Assembly: GCA_963701965.1 (NCBI GenBank)
Contig: OY969695.1
Coordinates: 2,528,001 to 2,592,000, forward strand
Source of the DNA: an uncultured Gemmatimonadales bacterium
GTDB taxonomy: Bacteria > Gemmatimonadota > Gemmatimonadetes > Gemmatimonadales > Gemmatimonadaceae
Direction of reading: 5' to 3'
DNA: 64,000 nt
Shown here: piece by piece, positions 51,334-61,925 of the stretch
How the letters are laid out: each line of letters begins with the position of its first letter
How positions within the stretch are numbered: position 1 is the stretch's first letter
Program-made: the position numbers and the translations under genes
The notes under the pieces: generated by a model
Database searches by the model: none
The model's input: only the letters and a program-made list of their open reading frames with translations
What the model was told of the DNA's origin: nothing

Positions 51334-52727
51334 TGGTTGGTGTGTCCGGCCAACAAGTCGGCGTCCGTCAAGCTGATGGTCCGGCGGTCTTCGGGGGAGA
51401 TGAGCACGCCGGTGACGTGGGGCTTGCCGACAATGTATCGCCGGGTATAGTCGGCGAGATCCCCGGTCGTCCGCGCCGCCATGTTGTCGACATACCCCAT
51501 GTAGTACTCGAGATTCGCCACCGCCCACCAAAACCCGATCGTGTGGGTGTAGCCGGACGTCCGCTCGCGCCCGAACGCGGACGACACCGTGCGTTGGGCC
51601 TTGGACTCGGCCAGTTCCTCGTTGGAGACGTATTCGGCGTCCGCGAAGTGCGAGATCTCGTCCTCGAGCGCCGCCAGCGCCGGCCGCAGCTTCGCGGGCG
51701 AGGTCTGCCCGCTGATGGTGATCGGCCCTTTGTTGTCCAACGTGTAGTAGTTCACGACGACCCCTTCCCACAGCCCGCTGTCGACCAGCCGGCGCTGGAG
51801 ACGCGACCCGGGCTGGTTGGCGATGTCGGAGAACACGTCCGCCGCATACGTGGCGTTGGGATCCTTCCTGACGCTGGGTCCCTGCCACTGCACCTCGACC
51901 GTGATCGCGCTCACGGGCGCCTCGGCGATCACGCTCTGACTGCCGTCGAGGGCCGAAATCTCGGGCACCGGATCGGCGACGAACGGATCGGCGCCCCGCG
52001 CCCACCCGCGAAACGCGCTATCGGCCAACGCCACGGCCCGCGCCGGATTGACGTCCCCGGTGACGAGCAGCGCGGAGTTGTTCGGGACGTAGTACCGCCG
52101 TTGAATCTCCCGCATCTGCTCGGGCGTCACACCCCGCACCACGTCGCGATCGCCAATGACGTTTTTCCGGCTGAAGTTGCCCGGATACAGCTTCTTGGCC
52201 ATGGCCTGGTCGAGCGCGAAGAAGGGACTAGCCTCCTGCCGGTCGTACTCGCCCAGGACGACCTCTTTCTCCCGGGCCAACTCCGACGGCAGGAAGAGCG
52301 GGGCCTCGACCGCGGCCGCCAGGAACCGCATGCCCGCGGCCAGACTGTCCGACGGCAGCGTCAAGTAATAGTTGACGCGCTCCTCGGTCGTGGTGCCGTT
52401 GAAGACCGCGCCCAGGTCCGCCGCCCGGTCCACGAACGCCCCCGGCTCCGGGTAGGTGGCGTTGGCCTTGAAGAACATGTGCTCGTACATGTGCGCCAAC
52501 CCCGCGTAGGGCGGCGTCTGGGTGAACGAGCCGTTCTTCACGTCGATCTCGATCGTCGCCAGGGGGACGCCATGGTTCTCCACGACGATCACTTCCAGGC
52601 CGTTATCGAGCACCCGCCGTTGGATGGTCTTCTCCAACTCGGCGCGCTGGGCGCCTGCCGGCGCCGCGGACACTATCAGCATCATGCTGGCGGCCCATGC
52701 GGTCCACCGGCATTTTCCTGTTCGCAT
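51330..52727 (-). CDS. M16 family zinc peptidase
   Basis: LDNGL.V, GLAHMYEHMFF (HXXEH), YYVPNN..L.VTGD; start could be 52686. Confidence 0.92.
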   Translation of the reverse strand: MRTGKCRWTAWAASMMLIVSAAPAGAQRAELEKTIQRRVLDNGLEVIVVENHGVPLATIEIDVKNGSFTQTPPYAGLAHMYEHMFFKANATYPEPGAFVDRAADLGAVFNGTTTEERVNYYLTLPSDSLAAGMRFLAAAVEAPLFLPSELAREKEVVLGEYDRQEASPFFALDQAMAKKLYPGNFSRKNVIGDRDVVRGVTPEQMREIQRRYYVPNNSALLVTGDVNPARAVALADSAFRGWARGADPFVADPVPEISALDGSQSVIAEAPVSAITVEVQWQGPSVRKDPNATYAADVFSDIANQPGSRLQRRLVDSGLWEGVVVNYYTLDNKGPITISGQTSPAKLRPALAALEDEISHFADAEYVSNEELAESKAQRTVSSAFGRERTSGYTHTIGFWWAVANLEYYMGYVDNMAARTTGDLADYTRRYIVGKPHVTGVLISPEDRRTISLTDADLLAGHTNQ

Positions 52728-53667
52728 GATCGATCCTGAACATCTCGAGTCCTTGGCCGCCCGCCTCGATCCGCGCCGCCTCAAGCGCGGTGAGCCGTTG
52801 GCTCCCTACACGACGTTCCGCATCGGCGGACCCGCCGATCTCTTTTACGATGCTACGTCGGCCGACGATCTCGCAAATGCGGTGCTCGCCGCCCGGACTG
52901 CCGGTGTCCCCTACTTCATACTCGGACTGGGCGCGAACGTTCTCATCGGAGACGGTGGCGTGCGCGGCCTGGTCATCCATAACGTCGCCGATCGCGCGAC
53001 GTTCGGCGAGGATGGGCGCCTGTGGACCGAGAGCGGCGCCGTCCTCGGCCGGCTGATCCCCCAGGCCGTGGCCCGGGGATGGTCGGGACTGGAGCACTAC
53101 GTCGGCATCCCGACGACCGTTGGGGGCGCGATCTGGCAAAACCTGCACTTTTTATCGCCCGCCCCGGCGCGCGAACGGACCATGTTCATCGCCGAGGTGT
53201 TTGCCTCCTGCGAGCTGTTGACCGCGGATGGCGGGCGCTGCATCGCCGACCGCGCCGCCATGCAGTTCGGCTATGACACCAGCGTCTTGCACTATCAGCG
53301 ACACACGGTGCTGTCGGTGACGTTTCAGCTGGCGGCGGGCGACATCGCGGCCATGCACAAGGTCATGCAGGAGAACCTGAGCTGGCGCGGGGCGAAACAC
53401 CCGTGGCTCGAGTACCACCCGAGCGCCGGGTCGATCTTCAAGAAAATCGAGGGCGTCGGCGCCGGACGGCTCATCGAGCAGGCGGGGCTCAAAGGCTATC
53501 GGGTCGGCGACGCGCAGATCTCGCACATCCACGCCAACATCATGGTCAACCTGGGGCAGGCCACGGCCCGCGACGTCCGCACCCTCATCGCCACTGCCCA
53601 GGACGCGGTCGAGCGTCAGTCGGGCCATCGCCTGGAGCCGGAGATCGGCTTCATCGGGGACTTCTAA
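52726..53667 (+). CDS. murB: UDP-N-acetylenolpyruvoylglucosamine reductase
   Basis: YTTFRIGGPA, LG.GANVL, GIP.TVGGA, PSAGSIFK, S..HAN..VN.G, LEPEI. Confidence 0.92.
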   Translation: MIDPEHLESLAARLDPRRLKRGEPLAPYTTFRIGGPADLFYDATSADDLANAVLAARTAGVPYFILGLGANVLIGDGGVRGLVIHNVADRATFGEDGRLWTESGAVLGRLIPQAVARGWSGLEHYVGIPTTVGGAIWQNLHFLSPAPARERTMFIAEVFASCELLTADGGRCIADRAAMQFGYDTSVLHYQRHTVLSVTFQLAAGDIAAMHKVMQENLSWRGAKHPWLEYHPSAGSIFKKIEGVGAGRLIEQAGLKGYRVGDAQISHIHANIMVNLGQATARDVRTLIATAQDAVERQSGHRLEPEIGFIGDF

Positions 53668-54436
53668 GACGGCGACACGCAGAAGGGCGGGGACGACGGC
53701 CGGAGGCACGTACTGGCAGGCGAGCCACCAGGCGCGCTATAGCCTGCTATTCGCGCTCCCGCTGCTCGCGGCCTACGAAGCGCTGGTGGTGATCCTGTCG
53801 CACGGCCCCGCGTCCGGGGTGCGGAACGGCGCCGACGTGATCCTCCAGCAGGCGGTGTACGCCATCGCCGGCCCCTATGAGCCGATCGTGTTCGGCGTGG
53901 CGGTGCTCGGCCTGGCAGGGTGGCTGGTCGCGCGCGACCTGCGCCGGCACCGGGGTCCGCTGCGCGGGTGGATCTTCGCCGCGATGCTGGCCGAGTCGGC
54001 CGTACTGGCCGCGGCGTTCGGCGCGGTGGTGGGGACCATCACGGCCGATCTGCTGCACCTGACCCGCCACAGCATGATGATCGGTGGCGGACCGCTGGCC
54101 CAGTCCTCCTTAGGCACGCGCGTGATGCTCTCGCTGGGCGCCGGGATCTACGAGGAGCTCCTGTTCCGCGTCCTGATCGCGGGCGCCATCTCCGTCGCGG
54201 GGCAACGCCTCCTCGGCTGGAGCGCGCGCTTGGCCGGCGTCGTCGCCGTTCTCGTCTCGGCGTTCGTGTTCGCCGCGTGTCACTACATCGGTCCCTACGG
54301 CGACCCGCTCCGCCTGGACTCGTTCGTCTACCGCCTGATCGGCGGTGTCGCTTTCAGCGCGCTGTATCTGGTGCGTGGGTTCGGCATCACCGCCTGGACC
54401 CACGCCCTCTACGACTTGCTGGTGCTCGCGCTGTAG
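53660..54436 (+). CDS. CPBP (Abi/CAAX) intramembrane glutamic protease; start uncertain
   Basis: AGIYEELLFR, FAACHY, HALYD; frame is open upstream of GTG 53786 (YWQAS..RYSLLFALPLL). Confidence 0.8.
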   Translation, partial: TSKTATRRRAGTTAGGTYWQASHQARYSLLFALPLLAAYEALVVILSHGPASGVRNGADVILQQAVYAIAGPYEPIVFGVAVLGLAGWLVARDLRRHRGPLRGWIFAAMLAESAVLAAAFGAVVGTITADLLHLTRHSMMIGGGPLAQSSLGTRVMLSLGAGIYEELLFRVLIAGAISVAGQRLLGWSARLAGVVAVLVSAFVFAACHYIGPYGDPLRLDSFVYRLIGGVAFSALYLVRGFGITAWTHALYDLLVLAL

Positions 54437-55101
54437 GGCAGGGCGCAGGGCTGGTCGTAAGGCAGCGTCACGACCACGTGCAGCGCGTCGGTATTAGCGA
54501 AGCGAATTTGCTCGGCGCGGCAAAAGGGATTGGCCGCGTGGAACGCGCCGTCTTCGCCCGCCAGGATCCACGACGCCGGAATCACGCCGCGCGAGGCGTC
54601 GGCGTAGGCGGCCATCTTGCTGGCCAGATCGGAGAACGGCGCGGGATCGCGCACGACGCACTCGTACGTCGCCACCGAGTCACCCGGCGAAAACCGGCAG
54701 GAGTCGGTGCTGTCCGCGGCACCGGTGAGCTGGAGATGGGCGTCGTAGAAGTTCGAGCGCGTGACGTCCGCCGGCATGGTCCCGCTATCCATGACGATGG
54801 TCCAATAGTCCGAGCGGTTGTTCGCGCTGCTCAACAGCGAGCCCAGCGCGACCGCGAACTGGTTCTTGATCGCCTGCCGCGCGTGATCCATGCGGTCGAA
54901 CCGGTCTTCGATGGCGCCCGCCACTTCGGTGGCAGCGGCCACGGCCTTGTGCCGCACGCGCGCCATCGGCGTGGGTGCGGGGGCGCTCGGCTGCACCGCC
55001 GCGGGCAACGCCTTGGCGGTCTCTTTCTTGTCTCCCTGGCAGGCCGTCGAAGCAAGCGCCGCCAGGGAGATGATGACCACGGGAACCGAAAAACGCCTCA
55101 T
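54409..55101 (-). CDS. Hypothetical lipoprotein
   Basis: MRRFSVPVVIISLAALASTAC lipoprotein-like signal. Confidence 0.65.
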   Translation of the reverse strand: MRRFSVPVVIISLAALASTACQGDKKETAKALPAAVQPSAPAPTPMARVRHKAVAAATEVAGAIEDRFDRMDHARQAIKNQFAVALGSLLSSANNRSDYWTIVMDSGTMPADVTRSNFYDAHLQLTGAADSTDSCRFSPGDSVATYECVVRDPAPFSDLASKMAAYADASRGVIPASWILAGEDGAFHAANPFCRAEQIRFANTDALHVVVTLPYDQPCALPYSASTSKS

Positions 55102-55121
55102 ATGATACCGCCCAATATACG

Positions 55122-57116
55122 CTACCAAATCTGCGGCCGCTCGGATTCCGGACGCACCATCGGATCGCCCACCTTGCAGTGAAACGCCTGTGCAAACTGC
55201 GGCATGTTCGAGAGCGGTCCGTTCACGCGCCACCGGCCCGGTGAGTGCGGATCGGTGATGGCCAACTGCCGGGCGAACTCCGGTCTGGTACTCTCCCGCC
55301 AGGCTTGTGCCACGGCGAGGAAGAACCGCTGTTCCGGCGTGAAACCCGCGATCGTATCGCGCGGCTGGTTCGCGTACACATGCTCCATCGCCGTATAAGC
55401 GATGGTGATACCCCCCAGATCCGCTATGTTCTCGCTGAGCGTGAGCCGGCCGTTCACGTGGACGCTGTCGACGGCGATGTAGCCGCTGTACTGCTCAGCC
55501 ACCATGTTCGCCCGCTGGTCGAACGCCTGCGCGTCGGCCGGCGTCCACCAGTCGCGCAGATTCCCTTGGGCGTCGGATTTGCGCCCCTGGTCGTCGAACC
55601 CGTGCGTCATCTCGTGTCCGATGACGTACCCGATGCCCCCGTAATTCGTGGCATCGTCGGCCTGGGGATCGAAGAACGGCGGCTGCAGAATCCCGGCCGG
55701 GAAGACGATCTCGTTCATTGAGCCATTGTAATAGGCGTTGACCGTCGGCGGGGTCATCGTCCATTCCGTCCGGTCGACCTTGTCCGCCAGCTTGCTCAGC
55801 CGGCGGTGCACCTCGAACTCTCGCGCGGCGAGCACGTTCTGGATGAACGGCCGGCGCGAAATGGTGAGTGACGAGTAGTCACGCCACTTGTCGGGATAGC
55901 CGATCTTGTTGGCGAACGCCGCCAGCTTCACGATCGCCGCCTTGCGGGTCTCCGGACTCATCCAGGCGAGCGTCGTCAGATCGTTCTTGAGCGTCTCCTC
56001 CATGTTGTGGACGAGGGCCAGCGCGCGCGCCTTGGCCTCGGGCGGGAACGCTCTCGCCACGAATGCCCTACCCAGGTCATCCCCCAACCCCTGGTCGGTC
56101 GCTTGGACGCAACGCTGCCACCGCGGCAACATCTCCGGCGTGCCCGTCAGGGCCTGCTGCATCCTGAAGTTCTCGTTGACGAACGACGAATCCAGCCAGG
56201 GCGCGGCGCTGCTCAGGAAATGCCAGCGGAGATACGCCCGCCACAGCGCGATCGGCTCGTGTTGCACGAGGCTATCGACCGCGGTCAGGAATCGCGGCTG
56301 CATCACAATGACGTCGGCGATTTTCGGGGCCTGCAGGTCGGTCAGCCACGTGCGCCACTCAAGGTGCGGCGCCAGGGAGTCGGCGGCCGCGAGCGACATC
56401 TTGTGATACGTGTTGTACGGGTCGCGCCGCTCGACACGCGTCATCGACGCGTAGGCGAGGGCGGTCTCCAACGCCAGAATGCTGTCCGCCTCACCGCGCG
56501 CGGCCGCCGGTTGCACCCCGCCCAAGGTCAGGATGCGCGCCACGTGGGCGGCGTACGCCGCACGGGTCTTCGCCGACGCCGAGTCGGTCTTCGTGTAGTA
56601 ATCGCGATCGGGGAGCCCGATGCCACCTTGCGAGAGATAGAGCGCTTCGCGCGTGCTCTCCTTGCGATCCTGGTTGACGATGAGCGCCACGGGCACGCCA
56701 ATGCCATAGCCCTGCAGGCGCGCGATCTCCGCGCGCAGACCGGTTTGGGTCGTGACGGCGTCGATGTGATTCAGCTCGTCCTCGATCGGCTTGATCCCCG
56801 CCGCATCGGCGCCCGTGGAATCCGTGCACGTCGCGTAGTACGTACCGAGCTTGGTCGGCGTCGGCGAGGCCGCGGCCTGGTCCAACACGTCGTGCAGGAT
56901 GGCGCGATTGCGTTCCTGCATTTCGGCGAACGCGCCCCAGCGGGGGAACGCGGCGGGAATCGGCGTGCGCGCCCGCCAACCGCCCGTCGCGAACTGATAG
57001 AAGTCCTGGCAGGGCGCGCAGGTCGTATCCAGGTTGCTCCGATCGACCCCGTGCGTTTGGGCAACGGCGCGCGCGGAGCAGAAGAGGAGCCCGCAGATCA
57101 CGGCGAGACGTTTCAT
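55122..57116 (-). CDS. M13 family metallopeptidase
   Basis: PCQDFYQFA.G.W, KIGYPD.W, VNAYY, GHEMTHGFDDQG, ENIADLGG. Confidence 0.96.
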   Translation of the reverse strand: MKRLAVICGLLFCSARAVAQTHGVDRSNLDTTCAPCQDFYQFATGGWRARTPIPAAFPRWGAFAEMQERNRAILHDVLDQAAASPTPTKLGTYYATCTDSTGADAAGIKPIEDELNHIDAVTTQTGLRAEIARLQGYGIGVPVALIVNQDRKESTREALYLSQGGIGLPDRDYYTKTDSASAKTRAAYAAHVARILTLGGVQPAAARGEADSILALETALAYASMTRVERRDPYNTYHKMSLAAADSLAPHLEWRTWLTDLQAPKIADVIVMQPRFLTAVDSLVQHEPIALWRAYLRWHFLSSAAPWLDSSFVNENFRMQQALTGTPEMLPRWQRCVQATDQGLGDDLGRAFVARAFPPEAKARALALVHNMEETLKNDLTTLAWMSPETRKAAIVKLAAFANKIGYPDKWRDYSSLTISRRPFIQNVLAAREFEVHRRLSKLADKVDRTEWTMTPPTVNAYYNGSMNEIVFPAGILQPPFFDPQADDATNYGGIGYVIGHEMTHGFDDQGRKSDAQGNLRDWWTPADAQAFDQRANMVAEQYSGYIAVDSVHVNGRLTLSENIADLGGITIAYTAMEHVYANQPRDTIAGFTPEQRFFLAVAQAWRESTRPEFARQLAITDPHSPGRWRVNGPLSNMPQFAQAFHCKVGDPMVRPESERPQIW

Positions 57117-57661
57117 TAGGGATACCCGTTGGCGCGAACGGTGTCGGCGAGCGCCCGCAGGGCCGCCGAGTGAGGGTACAGCCGAAGACCGCGGGCGACG
57201 ATGTCGCTGGCTCGCGGCGGAAGTCCGACGGCGATGGCCTCCGACGCCGCGGCCCGGAACGTCTCCTCGGGCGGATTGGGCGCCGCGAGCAAGGAGTCGT
57301 AGCGCACGCTCGCGGTGTCGCGGACGGCGCGGAAGTGGAGCAGCCGGTCGTCGTTGGGATGGCGCTTGATGGCGTACTGCATGAGCATGCGCGCGTTGCT
57401 CATGTACCCCTGCTCTACCAGCAGATTCGCCAGGGAGACGATCGCGTCGACGTTGTCCTTGTCCAAATTCACGGCGTGTTCGTAGTCGAGACGGGCGCTG
57501 TCGGCCTGCCCCGCGGCGAGCGCGGCCTTTCCGCGCGCGTAGTAGTCCTTGGCCTTTGCCACGCGCGTCGCGCTGTCCATGGGCGGGGGAGATTGGCCAT
57601 AGGTCGGCCGGCTCCCCAGGAGAGCAGCACACACGCTCAGCGCGCAGATCAAGAGTCTCAC
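57116..57661 (-). CDS. Secreted TPR-like protein
   Basis: Signal peptide; YYARG.AAL...A..DY..A..LD. Confidence 0.7.
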   Translation of the reverse strand: MRLLICALSVCAALLGSRPTYGQSPPPMDSATRVAKAKDYYARGKAALAAGQADSARLDYEHAVNLDKDNVDAIVSLANLLVEQGYMSNARMLMQYAIKRHPNDDRLLHFRAVRDTASVRYDSLLAAPNPPEETFRAAASEAIAVGLPPRASDIVARGLRLYPHSAALRALADTVRANGYP

Positions 57662-57668
57662 GTGAACC

Positions 57669-59611
<1,943 letters not shown>

Positions 59612-59615
<4 letters not shown>

Positions 59616-59959
59616 TTGGGCATCCAGTCGCGCCAGGTATCCTCGGCGGCACCGACGGTCAGCTTGCTTTGCCAGCGCACGAGCGGGGTGCGAAGCAGCA
59701 TGGGGTCCTCGACGAGCCGCTCGAGCCACCGGGCGTCCGAATATCGCGCGCTGGAGAGTCCGAGGTCGGCATAGCGCCGCCCGTCGCGGTCAATGAGCGC
59801 GCCAAGGCCGAACTTCTGCGCAAATCGCGTGAGCTCGCCCGGCGAGGCGGCGCGCTCGACGAGGTCCACGAAGTGGGTCTTGATGCGCCGTTCCGAGAAA
59901 AACCGCAGGGCCTTGCGGGTGTTCGCGCACTTCTTTGTCCCGAAAACCTGAACTTCCAT
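59612..59959 (-). CDS. ArsC/Spx/MgsR family protein
   Basis: FG..KC..TRKA.RFF, P.LLRTPLVR. Confidence 0.85.
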
Positions 59960-59982
59960 ACGACCAAATGTATGGTTCGTGA

Positions 59983-60996
59983 ATGAGCGGAATCGAGTAC
60001 CGACCGGCCTGGTGGCTCCCGGGACCGCACGTCCCCACGCTCTGGGGACGGTTCATGCGCCGGCCCACGCCGGTGCCGACGCGCCGCGAGCAGTGGGAGA
60101 CGCCCGACGGCAATGTGCTGGACGTGGAACGGGTCGACGCGGCGCCGGACCGCCCGCGGCTCGTGTTGTTGCATGGCCTCGAGGGCACGATCCGCTCGCA
60201 CTACGCGCGGGGTATGCTCGCCGAAGCCTGGGGGCGGGGATGGGGTGTGGACTTTTTGCTGTTTCGATCGTGCGGCGGGACGCTCAACCGGACCCGCCGT
60301 TTCTATCACTCGGGCGATACGGCGGATCTGGCGTTGGTGGTGGGCCGGGTGATCGAGGAGTTTCCCGCGGCGCCCGTGGTGTTGGCGGGGTTCTCGCTCG
60401 GCGGCAATGTCTTGCTCAAGTGGTTGGCCGAGCGCGGGGACGTGCTGCCGGCGGCGGTGCGGGCGGCGGCCGCGGTGTCGGTGCCTTTTGATCTGGCGCG
60501 CGGCGCCCGGCACATCGATCAGGGATTCGCGCGTGTGTACCAGGCGCACTTCGTGGCGTCGCTCAAGCGTAAAGTGCGCGAGAAGCTGGAGCGATTTCCG
60601 GACTTGGTCGATCGGGCGAAGCTGGACGCGGTGCGGTCGATCTACGAGTTCGACGAGCTATTGACCGCGCCGCTGCATGGGTTCGCCGGAGCGGAGGACT
60701 ATTACGCGCGATCGAGCGCGTTGCGACGGCTGCCGGCCGTGCGGTTGCCGACGTTGTTGCTGAGCGCGGTCGACGACCCTTTCTTGCCGGCGAACGTGCT
60801 CGATGAGGTGCGCGCGCTGGCGGAATCAAACCCGGCGCTCGAGGTCGAGTTCGTGGAGCGCGGCGGACACGTGGGGTTCGTGAGCGGCGCCGTGCCGTGG
60901 CGGCCGATCTACTACGCCGAGCGGCGCGTCACGGCGTTTTTGGCGTCAGCCTTGTCGCGCCAGCGCGGTGAGCACGCGGGCGCGCTCGGTGTCTGA
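59983..60996 (+). CDS. YheT-like alpha/beta hydrolase
   Basis: HGLEG, FRSC.G, YHSG.T.D, GFSLGGN, DDPF, GGHVGF. Confidence 0.92.
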   Translation: MSGIEYRPAWWLPGPHVPTLWGRFMRRPTPVPTRREQWETPDGNVLDVERVDAAPDRPRLVLLHGLEGTIRSHYARGMLAEAWGRGWGVDFLLFRSCGGTLNRTRRFYHSGDTADLALVVGRVIEEFPAAPVVLAGFSLGGNVLLKWLAERGDVLPAAVRAAAAVSVPFDLARGARHIDQGFARVYQAHFVASLKRKVREKLERFPDLVDRAKLDAVRSIYEFDELLTAPLHGFAGAEDYYARSSALRRLPAVRLPTLLLSAVDDPFLPANVLDEVRALAESNPALEVEFVERGGHVGFVSGAVPWRPIYYAERRVTAFLASALSRQRGEHAGALGV

Positions 60997-61902
60997 GGCG
61001 ATCGTCCGCGCCGCCGCGATGTAGGCGGCGCGCACGGCATCATCGGGGGCGCCGCGGCCGGCAATGGCGATGAGGACACGGGCCTTCTCGTGGTCGCCGG
61101 CCAAGGCCTGCGCGGAGGCGATCGTGGCCAGCGCGAGCTCGTCGGATCCGGCGCCGCTGGCCGGTCCGGCGCTGATCGTCGCGAGCAGCACCCGGCTGCG
61201 GGGATAATCGCTGGTCATGGCCGCGACGGCGTGGAAATAGGCGTCGCGATCGGAAGCCGACGTCCAGTCCATGTGCGGGGCGGCCGCGATCAGGAGCTGG
61301 GCGCGCTCGTCGTCGGACGTCATGGTGCCGGCAATGATAGCGACCTGGCGGGCGCCGTCGGCATCGAGGGTCGGCGTGGCCGCGAACAGCTTCATGAGAT
61401 AGATGTGCTTGGCGCCGTCCGACGCCGCGGCGACGTCGTCGAGCACGGCGGATGGGCCGCCGGCGGCCATGAGCTGTGGGAAGCGCACGTCGACCAGAGC
61501 GCCGCTGGCGTGGTCCACCTGCAGGAGCAGACCAGCGAACCAACCCTCGGCCTCGGCGTCCCACAGGTGCGCGGCGCCGTCGATCGTGTAAATGCGATCG
61601 ATCATCGCATCCGTCGCATTCGTCATCGGGCGGAGTTGGACGCGCCGCGTGTGGCCGCCGGATTGTTCGGTGACGTCGACCGACCCGCCCGGTTGGAGAT
61701 CGGCGACGTCGGTGGCATCGGGGGTGAACGTGACGGTCCCGACCGTCGTCACATCCACGCGACAGCGGGGGGTGGCCCACAGGAGATGCCAGCGGGGGCC
61801 GTCGGCATCGGTGTGCACCGAGAGGTGTCGTTCACTGTGCCAGCTCCCAGCCCCAAACTGGCACGCGGTCAGAATCGCGGTGGCAACGGGAAGGGCGAGC
61901 AT
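60946..61902 (-). CDS. Hypothetical lipoprotein with helical SD.E.ARVL repeats
   Basis: ILTAC lipobox; repeats resemble the C-terminus of the upstream M56 protein. Confidence 0.65.
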   Translation of the reverse strand: MLALPVATAILTACQFGAGSWHSERHLSVHTDADGPRWHLLWATPRCRVDVTTVGTVTFTPDATDVADLQPGGSVDVTEQSGGHTRRVQLRPMTNATDAMIDRIYTIDGAAHLWDAEAEGWFAGLLLQVDHASGALVDVRFPQLMAAGGPSAVLDDVAAASDGAKHIYLMKLFAATPTLDADGARQVAIIAGTMTSDDERAQLLIAAAPHMDWTSASDRDAYFHAVAAMTSDYPRSRVLLATISAGPASGAGSDELALATIASAQALAGDHEKARVLIAIAGRGAPDDAVRAAYIAAARTIASDTERARVLTALARQG

Positions 61903-61925
61903 CGGGGCACCCGGTTCAGGTCATG

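Noticed and set aside
48637..52005. 1122-aa ORF and other long Arg/Gly/Ala-rich overlapping ORFs
   Set aside because: GC-rich shadow frames, here joined to the real M16 partner segment by its frameshift
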